Below are positions 38,309 through 46,305 of a stretch of 46,305 bases of DNA, in pieces (positions within the stretch are counted from its first letter, which is position 1; every line of letters starts with the position of its first letter). A program made the translations under genes and the position numbers. The DNA is taken from assembly GCA_945867505.1 (NCBI GenBank), contig CAMBIM010000003.1:1-46305 (forward strand), read 5' to 3'. The stretch comes from Chitinophaga pinensis. Its GTDB lineage: Bacteria > Bacteroidota > Bacteroidia > Chitinophagales > LD1. The notes below the pieces were generated by a model. The model made no database searches. It saw only the letters and a list, made by a program, of their open reading frames with translations, and was not told the origin of the DNA.

Positions 38309-41300
38309 ATGAAAAAAGCACTTACCCTGTTTTGCTTTGCCTGTTTATGTTTTTCATCGGCTGTGTTTGCGCAAAAGCAACTACAACCACAAGCTGCCGG
38401 TAAGGCGGTTTCTTATCAAGAGATAAAAGAAAAAACTACAGGCGTTAAAGTTCCTGCCAGTAAAATTTACAAACCGGACTTCGAATCGTCTGCCGAGTTT
38501 AAGAAACTGTATGCTACCGATGGGCCATACTCTTTTGTACACCCCGATGCCGAAATTTTTGACAAGCGCGACTTAACCACCAAGCATTACAAATGCAGCG
38601 ATGGAACGGTTACCGCCATCAGTTCGGCAGGGCCTGTTCATTATCAAAAGAATGGTTTATGGAATACCATCCTGAATGATGTTTCGCCTAACACAACCCA
38701 TGCAGGGTTTGGTTATGCCAATACTTACAACCGTTTTCAAACCTACTACGGCAACTCGTTGCAAAGCGGTATTCGTGTAATTACCGAAAACAATCAGCAG
38801 CTTGATTTAATGCAGAATGCGGCTGTGGTTTATTTAGATGCTGCAAAGCACCAAATAGGAAGTGCCGGTGCTATTGGCGGCAGTGTTAAACATGTAAACA
38901 ACGAAAACATTATCTACCAAAACCTGTATGCTGGGGTTACCGCCCACATTGAACACAATTCTGCCGGTTACGAGTTAAACTACGAATTGGATAATTTGAA
39001 CTGGATGAACCTGCCCGCAAACACAGCTTACGTTTCATTTAGCGAAGGAGTAAAAGTTCCTGCCGGTTATCATGCTTACCTGGAAAAAGAAAACACCATG
39101 CTGGTAATTAAAAACGATGCAGGAAACATCTTGCTTAAATACAAAGCCCCTCATTTTTACGAACGCAATAAAACTACAGAGGGCGGAAAGTTGAATGGTA
39201 GATATTCTGTTGAAGAAAAAAACGGATTGATATATGTTAACGTATTGGTAGATGCTGCCTGGTTAACCGATGCCGGAAGAAAGTTCCCTTTAGTAATTGA
39301 TCCAGTAGTGACGGTTACCCCTAATAATGCTGCCTATTGGACGTTTACTATAGACGAAGATGCCGGTTGTCAATACGACCCCAATAACGATGCGGATGAT
39401 AACTTACGCATAGGTTATGATGATGGCTTTTTTGATGATGATTATTTTCAGTGCTATGCTAAGTATAACATTGCTTCCATACCCGATAATTCTTGTTTTA
39501 TAAATTATTCTTACTGCCGTTGGTATGAGTATAATTTCACTAACGACCAATTGAATGATAATGCATTGCAATTCTTCTATCAGGCTTATGATCCTATTGC
39601 TACGGACCCTGTCCCATTAACCTGTGACCAGAACTATACCGATATAAACGCAACAGGTACTGTTTACCGAAACTACAACGCCTTTGGCAATTTTGGGACG
39701 CCAACCACTGGTTGGTACGATTTTCAACAATTAGATGTAAAAGCAAGAGTGCAAGCTGCATTAACTTACGATTTTGTAGCTTTCTCTCTGGACAATGCCA
39801 ACCAAGGCGGTCATAGCGACCCTTCCGGACCAAGCAATGATGAATGGATAGATTTTCGTGGGCACAGCAATGCTAATCGCCCGCAGTTGATTATTAATTA
39901 TGAAGTGCCTTATATAGCAGCTACAAGCGTTACTGCCTCGCCAAGTTCTACTATTTGTGCAGGTTCTTCTGTAACCCTTACCCGTTTTGATGGCACTGCC
40001 GGTACTCCAGGAAATTGGGCTTGGTATGCAGGCAGTACATTTCTTCAATATAACAATGGTAGCATAAGCGTAGCACCGGCCAGCACTACTACTTACTGTG
40101 TGCGTGGAGAAAATGGTTGCGGAAGCACTACATGCACACCTATTACTATTACGGTACAATCACTTTCAGTAGCCGCTACTTCTATTACCGGAATTACTAC
40201 TATTTGCGATGGCGGAAGCACTACGCTTAGCGTTTCGGGTGGTTTGCTTGGCACGGGTGCAAGCTGGCGTTGGTATACCGCAGGCTGCGGCTCAACATTT
40301 GCAGGCACAGGCGCATCGCTATTGGTTAGTCCAACTACTACTACCACCTACTATGTAAGAGCAGAAGGCACGTGTAACACTACTGCCTGCGTGCAAGTAA
40401 CAGTTACGGTCAATACAGTTTCTACTGCTCCGGGTTCGGTTAGCGTAACTACTTCAACTATTTGCAACGGACAATCTACACAACTTACTGCCAACGGTGG
40501 CTCGTTAGGAACAGGTGGTGTTTACCGTTGGTATAGCGGAAGTTGCGGTGGCACATTAGTTGGCACTGGGGTTTCTATTACCCCATCGCCAGCGGTTACT
40601 ACTACTTATTATGTAAGAGCCGAAGACCCCGCTCCATGCAACACACTTACAGCATGTGCATCAGCTACGGTTACGGTTAATCAATCATCGGTTGCGCCTA
40701 CAGGTATTTCGGGAGTTACTACTATATGCAATGGTGGAAGCACTACGCTGACGGTAGTTGGCGGTTCGCTTGGAACCGGTAACAGTTGGAACTGGTATAG
40801 CGGAGGTTGCGGTGGAACTTTTGTAGGCACCGGCACTACGGTTACTGTTTCGCCAAATTCTAGCACCACTTATTTTGTAAGAGCAGAAGGCTTGGCTCCT
40901 TGCCCTACTACTACAGCTTGCGTATCGCAATTAGTAACAGTTAATACCCTTTCTACCGACCCTGTTTCGGTTTCGGGAACTACTACCATTTGCGAAGGTA
41001 ACTCAACAACGCTTACAGTAGTTGGAGGCTCGTTGGGAACCGGTGGAGTGTGGACCTGGTATGCCGGTGGTTGCGGAAGCGGAGGTGCTGTGGCTACTGG
41101 AGCTACTGTAACGCTTACACCAACAGTTTCTACCAGTTACTATGTTCGTGCTGAAGGAACTTGTAATACAAGCAACTGTGCGTTTACGCCAGTTACGGTT
41201 AACGATTCATCGGTTGTTGCTTCTTCTATTACTGGTTCATCGGCAGTATGTATAGGTAGCTCAACTAACCTGACTGCCGTTGGGGGTAAGCTGGGTGTAG

Positions 41301-44300
41301 GTGCTAGTTGGAACTGGTATAGCTCAAGTTGTGGCGGAGTGCCGGAAGGTACAGGCTCTACTATTACAGTATCGCCTACTGTTGCTACTACTTATTACTT
41401 ACGTGCCGAAGGTTTATGTAACACTACAATATGTATTCCATTTACAGTAAACGTAAATCCGCTTCCTAACGGAAGTATTAGTGGTTCTGTTACCGTTTGT
41501 AGCGGAGTAGACACAGCTATCACTTTTAACTTTGCATTTGGCACTGCACCGTTTACGGTAGTTTATACTGACGGAACAAACGTATTTACAAAAAGCAACG
41601 TAAACAATGGCGATACGGCTAACGTATTGCCAACTACCACTACTACATATACTATTCAACAAATTACAGATAACAATGGCTGTATAAGAAACACCGGATT
41701 CCTTGGTGCGGCAACTATAACCGTTGCTCCGCTTCCGGTAGTTAATAATGTGTTGGTGCAAGATGTTTTGTGTAACGGAGGCAATACCGGTGTTATAACA
41801 ATTACGGCTACTAATGGCACACCTGCTTATACCTATTCAAACGATAATGGAGTTACTTACCAAAGTAATAACGTGTTTACTGGTTTAACCGCTGCTACTT
41901 ATTCCGTGTTTATTCAGGATGCGTTGGCTTGCGTTTCTAACCCGGTATATAACGTAGTGGTGGGTGAACCTACTGTTCTTACCCATATTGCTACACCACA
42001 AAACGCTAGTTGCGACAATGTATTTGACGGAACAATAACCGTAAATGCTACTGGTGGTGTTCCCTCATATACTTACTCATTAAATGGCGGACCAAACCAA
42101 CCGGGCAATGTGTTCAACGGTTTATCTGCCGGCACTTACACGGTTTTAGTAACCGATGATAATGGCTGTACTAATTCATCTACCGTAACTATTGATACAG
42201 CTTATGCGGTATATGCAAGTTTAGTTTCGCAAACACCGGTATCATGTTTTGGCGGGGTAGATGGAACAGTTACTGTTCAATTAACTAGTGGCGTTCCCCC
42301 TTACGCTTATTCAATTAATGGAGTACAGTTTGTAGCATCACCAACCTTTACGGGTTTATCTTCTGGTAACTATGTAGTTACTCTTCGCGATTCGAAAGGT
42401 TGTACAGATTTTGTAAACGTAACTATTACGCAACCAAACCAATTGCAAGCGCAAATAGATTCGCTGTTTAACATTGGCTGTAATGGAGCTAGCTCTGGTG
42501 CTATTTACATTACGGTAAGCGGAGGTAATCCGGCTTATAATTTCTTATGGAGCAACGGAGCTACTACCGAAGATTTAACTGGCTTGATTGCCGGAACATA
42601 TAATGTGGCTATAACCGATTCTAAGGGTTGTTCGGCATCTGTTGGTGCTACCATTTCGCAGCCGCTTCCTTTATTTATAAATGTAGCTTCTTACCGCGAT
42701 TTGCTTTGCTACAACGATTCATCGGGTACAATAGATATTACGGCTAATGGCGGTGTGCCACCTTATAGCTTTGTATGGAGCAATGGCGAAACAACCGAAG
42801 ATATTTATGGATTGTTGCCGGGCACTTATTCCGCAACAGTTACTGATGCCAACGGATGTCAGGAAACTATTAGCCAGGATATTATTGAGCCTACTCAATT
42901 GGCTTCTACTATTTCATCTACAGCGGTATTATGTGCAGGTGCTGCCAGCGGAAATGTGAATTTAACCGTGTCTGGAGGAACCAGTCCATATAACTATTTG
43001 TGGAATAATGGAGCAACTACTGAAGACCTTTCAAGTGTTGCTGGCGGAACGTATTCTGTTGTAGTGAATGATGCCAATGGTTGCAGTATTACTAATACAA
43101 CTTTAGTAGTCGAGCCTACACCAATTACAATTTCATTGGTTAAAACGGATGTATTATGTAATGGCAATTCAACCGGTGAAATTGATATTACCGTTAACGG
43201 TGGAACACCTGTTATCACTTATGCGTGGAGCAACTCTTCTACCAACGAAGATTTAGTGAATGTGCCAGCCGGCAATTATTCTGTAACTATTACAGATGGC
43301 AACAGTTGCACAGCAAGTGCTAGTAATACAATTACACAACCTTCAGGTCTTGTATTAAATGCAACGATTGAAAGCGTTGCTTGCAACGGTGGTGCGAACG
43401 GCTCGGTAGATATTACGGTTCAGGGAGGTGTTTTCCCTTACTCATTTAACTGGAGCAACAGTGCTACTACCGAAGATATTAACGGATTAAGTGGAGGTAC
43501 CTATTTAGTAACCGTTACCGATGCAAATGGCTGCACCATTGGTGCTTCATATTCAATTACCGAGCCTAGTGCGTTAAACGTTACGGTTACCGGCACTAAT
43601 GTTACTTGTGCAGGTTCGGCTAATGGTTCTGCCAGCGTAAGTGCCAATGGAGGAACCGCCCCTTATACTTTCTTATGGAACACTTTCCAAACTACCCAAA
43701 CTATAGTAGGAATTAGCGGAGGAACTTATTTTGCAATTGTTACCGATGCTAACGGATGCACTAATACTGATTCTGTAGTTATTACCGAAGCTCCGGCTAT
43801 AGTTCTTGCTATTAGCGTAACCAACGTTTTATGTAACGGTGCTGCTACCGGTGATGTAACTTTAACTGTAAATGGTGGAGTAAGCCCTTACGGCTATACC
43901 TGGAGCAATGGAGCTTCTACACAAAACCTAACGGGTGTAACTGCCGGAACTTATGATGTAACCGTAAAGGATTCCAACAATTGTACTGCCTCCATATCGG
44001 CTACAGTTACCCAGCCTTCTGCTATGGTAATGAACTCATCGGTGGTGAGTGTAGGTTGTGCCGGTGGTGCCGATGGTTCGGTAGATATTACTGTGCAAGG
44101 CGGTGTATTCCCTTATACTTACTTATGGAGCAACGGTGCAGTAACGGAAGATATTAATAATGTATCGGGCGGAACATTTGATGTTACTGTAACGGATGCT
44201 AACCTATGCACCATTACGGCTTCATTTACTATTACAGAACCTACTTCTATTACTTCTTCTGTTGTAGGAACGGATGTTACCTGCAACGGTGCTAGTAACG

Positions 44301-46305
44301 GTCAGGCAGATTTAACCGTAAGTGGTGGCACTACTCCTTACAATTTCTTATGGTCAACTTTCCAGGGTTCGGAAGATATTTCGGGATTAGACGGTGGACT
44401 TTACTATGTAATTATTACCGATGCTAACGGGTGTGAGAAAAAAGATTCAGTATTTATTGATGAACCGACCGCGCTTGTTCTTACAACTGTAGTTACCAAT
44501 ATCTCTTGCTTTAATGCAAACGATGGTGCTATAGATTTAACTGTTACCGGTGGTTCTCCTGCTTACACGTATGCATGGAGCAGCGGACCAACTACACAAG
44601 ACCTTTCATCTTTACCGGGTGGCTTATATGTAGTTACCGTAACCGATACGAACAACTGCACGGCTACTACATCGGCTACTATTGTAAACCCTACAGCTAT
44701 ATATGCCAACTTTATAGTGAAGAACCCATTATGTAATGGCGATACTACAGGAAGAATAGATTTGATAGGCTCTGGCGGAACACCGCCTTATGTTTACGCA
44801 TGGAGTAACGGTGCAACTACCGAAGACCTCATCAACTTAGGAGCAGGAACATACATTGTTACAATTACAGATTCACGTAATTGTTCATTTGTAGATTCGG
44901 CTGTGGTAACAGAACCTGGTCAAATATTTACTTCGGGTGTAGTGAAGAATGTAACCTGTAATGGTTTAGCCGATGGCTTTGTTGATATTACCGCTTATGC
45001 CGGCACATTGCCATACTCTTACTTATGGTCTACCGGTCAATCAACAGAAGATATATTTAATGTAACAGGTGGTAACTACTATGTTACGGTAACGGATGCC
45101 AACGGCTGTCAGGCAGTTTCGCTTTACATTATTGTAGAGCCGCAAGTTCTTGGTATTAGTTTAGTTAAAACGGATGTCACCTGTTATGGTGCAGCTACAG
45201 GAACTCTTGCTGTTTTACCAACAGGTGGTTCGCGTCCTTACTACTATTTATGGAACACGTTTGATACCGATTCATCTTTAGCTGGTGTTACTGCCGGACG
45301 CTATGTGGTGCAGTTAACCGACTCTAACGGATGCTTTATTTACGATAGTATAGATATTAACGAGCCTACCGAAATTCGTATTTCGGGTATTGTTACCGAT
45401 GCGGTTTGCTACGGTTCTTCTACCGGAAGTATTGATGTAACCGTTACAGGCGGAACTACCGCTTATACCTTTAGCTGGTCGGATGGAAGTGTTGCTGAAG
45501 ATTTGAGCAACGCAGAAGCAGGAACGTATACCCTTACAGTAACCGATGCTAATGGTTGTGTAAAAACAGCCACGTTTACAGTAGGCGAGGGCGTGCAGAT
45601 AATTTCGAACTTGAGTAGTTACGACCCTATATGCCACGGAGGAAATACGGGTTCTGCCACGGCAATAACTACGGGTGGCGTTCAGCCGTATGTATACGCA
45701 TGGAGCAACACTAAAACAAGTATCTCTATCGGCAATTTGGTGGTGGGAACGTATACCTTAACCGTAACGGATGCCGAAAGCTGCACAGCTACTGCATCGG
45801 TAGTGGTTAATGACCCTGCACCAATTACAGTTACTACTAATGCGCAAGGTGCTAAATGCTTTAACGTAGCTAACGGCACAGTAGCGGTAGGTGTAACCGG
45901 AGGATTTGCACCATATACTTATTTATTGAATGGCAACGGTCAGGCATCCGATAGCGGCTCTATTGTTTTCAATAACTTACCTGCCGATGATTACCTATTG
46001 ATTGTAACCGATGTAAACGGTTGCCAGGGAACGGCTAACTTTACTGTATCATCACCGGGTCAAATTAATGTTGACTTGCAGGTAACCGAGCAGGTAATTC
46101 TTACCGGTATGAATACACAGTTGATTGCAACAGCAAACTCTACAGCAGCTATACTTAACTATTTCTGGAGTCCTGATTCGTTACCTAATCCGGTGTTTGA
46201 TTACTCGCTTTGTGGCGACCCTACTAACTGCCCTAACCCATACGTGGCACCGCGCACTACTACTACATTTACCGTTACGGTAATGAATGCCGATTCATGT
46301 TATGC
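38309..46305 (+). CDS. giant surface protein/adhesin with Ig-like and SprB repeats (>2660 aa), 3'-truncated; absent from the ORF track
   Basis: ATG at 38309 with signal peptide MKKALTLFCFACLCFSSAVFAQ. The same frame was spot-checked at 38.5, 39.2, 39.8, 42.0 and 46.3 kb. About 6 YYVRAEG.C Ig-like repeats, then about 19 C.G..G.I..T..GG..PY.Y.WS SprB repeats. Confidence 0.93.
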   Translation, partial: MKKALTLFCFACLCFSSAVFAQKQLQPQAAGKAVSYQEIKEKTTGVKVPASKIYKPDFESSAEFKKLYATDGPYSFVHPDAEIFDKRDLTTKHYKCSDGTVTAISSAGPVHYQKNGLWNTILNDVSPNTTHAGFGYANTYNRFQTYYGNSLQSGIRVITENNQQLDLMQNAAVVYLDAAKHQIGSAGAIGGSVKHVNNENIIYQNLYAGVTAHIEHNSAGYELNYELDNLNWMNLPANTAYVSFSEGVKVPAGYHAYLEKENTMLVIKNDAGNILLKYKAPHFYERNKTTEGGKLNGRYSVEEKNGLIYVNVLVDAAWLTDAGRKFPLVIDPVVTVTPNNAAYWTFTIDEDAGCQYDPNNDADDNLRIGYDDGFFDDDYFQCYAKYNIASIPDNSCFINYSYCRWYEYNFTNDQLNDNALQFFYQAYDPIATDPVPLTCDQNYTDINATGTVYRNYNAFGNFGTPTTGWYDFQQLDVKARVQAALTYDFVAFSLDNANQGGHSDPSGPSNDEWIDFRGHSNANRPQLIINYEVPYIAATSVTASPSSTICAGSSVTLTRFDGTAGTPGNWAWYAGSTFLQYNNGSISVAPASTTTYCVRGENGCGSTTCTPITITVQSLSVAATSITGITTICDGGSTTLSVSGGLLGTGASWRWYTAGCGSTFAGTGASLLVSPTTTTTYYVRAEGTCNTTACVQVTVTVNTVSTAPGSVSVTTSTICNGQSTQLTANGGSLGTGGVYRWYSGSCGGTLVGTGVSITPSPAVTTTYYVRAEDPAPCNTLTACASATVTVNQSSVAPTGISGVTTICNGGSTTLTVVGGSLGTGNSWNWYSGGCGGTFVGTGTTVTVSPNSSTTYFVRAEGLAPCPTTTACVSQLVTVNTLSTDPVSVSGTTTICEGNSTTLTVVGGSLGTGGVWTWYAGGCGSGGAVATGATVTLTPTVSTSYYVRAEGTCNTSNCAFTPVTVNDSSVVASSITGSSAVCIGSSTNLTAVGGKLGVGASWNWYSSSCGGVPEGTGSTITVSPTVATTYYLRAEGLCNTTICIPFTVNVNPLPNGSISGSVTVCSGVDTAITFNFAFGTAPFTVVYTDGTNVFTKSNVNNGDTANVLPTTTTTYTIQQITDNNGCIRNTGFLGAATITVAPLPVVNNVLVQDVLCNGGNTGVITITATNGTPAYTYSNDNGVTYQSNNVFTGLTAATYSVFIQDALACVSNPVYNVVVGEPTVLTHIATPQNASCDNVFDGTITVNATGGVPSYTYSLNGGPNQPGNVFNGLSAGTYTVLVTDDNGCTNSSTVTIDTAYAVYASLVSQTPVSCFGGVDGTVTVQLTSGVPPYAYSINGVQFVASPTFTGLSSGNYVVTLRDSKGCTDFVNVTITQPNQLQAQIDSLFNIGCNGASSGAIYITVSGGNPAYNFLWSNGATTEDLTGLIAGTYNVAITDSKGCSASVGATISQPLPLFINVASYRDLLCYNDSSGTIDITANGGVPPYSFVWSNGETTEDIYGLLPGTYSATVTDANGCQETISQDIIEPTQLASTISSTAVLCAGAASGNVNLTVSGGTSPYNYLWNNGATTEDLSSVAGGTYSVVVNDANGCSITNTTLVVEPTPITISLVKTDVLCNGNSTGEIDITVNGGTPVITYAWSNSSTNEDLVNVPAGNYSVTITDGNSCTASASNTITQPSGLVLNATIESVACNGGANGSVDITVQGGVFPYSFNWSNSATTEDINGLSGGTYLVTVTDANGCTIGASYSITEPSALNVTVTGTNVTCAGSANGSASVSANGGTAPYTFLWNTFQTTQTIVGISGGTYFAIVTDANGCTNTDSVVITEAPAIVLAISVTNVLCNGAATGDVTLTVNGGVSPYGYTWSNGASTQNLTGVTAGTYDVTVKDSNNCTASISATVTQPSAMVMNSSVVSVGCAGGADGSVDITVQGGVFPYTYLWSNGAVTEDINNVSGGTFDVTVTDANLCTITASFTITEPTSITSSVVGTDVTCNGASNGQADLTVSGGTTPYNFLWSTFQGSEDISGLDGGLYYVIITDANGCEKKDSVFIDEPTALVLTTVVTNISCFNANDGAIDLTVTGGSPAYTYAWSSGPTTQDLSSLPGGLYVVTVTDTNNCTATTSATIVNPTAIYANFIVKNPLCNGDTTGRIDLIGSGGTPPYVYAWSNGATTEDLINLGAGTYIVTITDSRNCSFVDSAVVTEPGQIFTSGVVKNVTCNGLADGFVDITAYAGTLPYSYLWSTGQSTEDIFNVTGGNYYVTVTDANGCQAVSLYIIVEPQVLGISLVKTDVTCYGAATGTLAVLPTGGSRPYYYLWNTFDTDSSLAGVTAGRYVVQLTDSNGCFIYDSIDINEPTEIRISGIVTDAVCYGSSTGSIDVTVTGGTTAYTFSWSDGSVAEDLSNAEAGTYTLTVTDANGCVKTATFTVGEGVQIISNLSSYDPICHGGNTGSATAITTGGVQPYVYAWSNTKTSISIGNLVVGTYTLTVTDAESCTATASVVVNDPAPITVTTNAQGAKCFNVANGTVAVGVTGGFAPYTYLLNGNGQASDSGSIVFNNLPADDYLLIVTDVNGCQGTANFTVSSPGQINVDLQVTEQVILTGMNTQLIATANSTAAILNYFWSPDSLPNPVFDYSLCGDPTNCPNPYVAPRTTTTFTVTVMNADSCY

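Noticed and set aside
39600-45879. Several short ORFs listed in the track, mostly minus-strand
   Set aside because: They are shadows of the giant plus-strand CDS starting at 38309.

Overview
Bacteroidota genomic window (signs: T9SS cargo proteins, TAnnTTTG-type promoters, fused ccoNO). About 1-31 kb is a low-oxygen adaptation island. It holds the cbb3 oxidase operon (ccoNO-Q-P-G-H plus DsbD_2/TauE genes), mlaEFD, phosphoketolase/acetate kinase, a UbiB kinase, a FixL-like PAS kinase with a receiver-Crp/Fnr hybrid regulator, an acetyl-CoA transferase, a beta-CASP nuclease and the CcoI Cu-ATPase. Five promoters in the island share one architecture that I read directly from the sequence: TGA-N6-TCA boxes 23-24 bp upstream of a -7 element, usually paired 22 bp apart. 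A ~3 kb segment (20.6-23.7 kb) interrupts the island. It carries a Flavo-1-like RNA, a three-repeat T9SS protein, and a non-coding array of ten phased 21-bp units that runs into the promoter of an uncharacterised helical+Fn3-like gene. Two genes look disrupted (5674-6079 frameshift, 13357-13896 nonsense). After 31 kb come LysE, an ABC permease, a PIF1-like helicase, aconitase and a VHL-domain lipoprotein. The window ends in a >2600-aa SprB-repeat surface protein that is missing from the ORF track and runs off the 3' end. No rRNA, tRNA, CRISPR array or transposase was seen. All family calls come from motif recognition by eye, not database searches.
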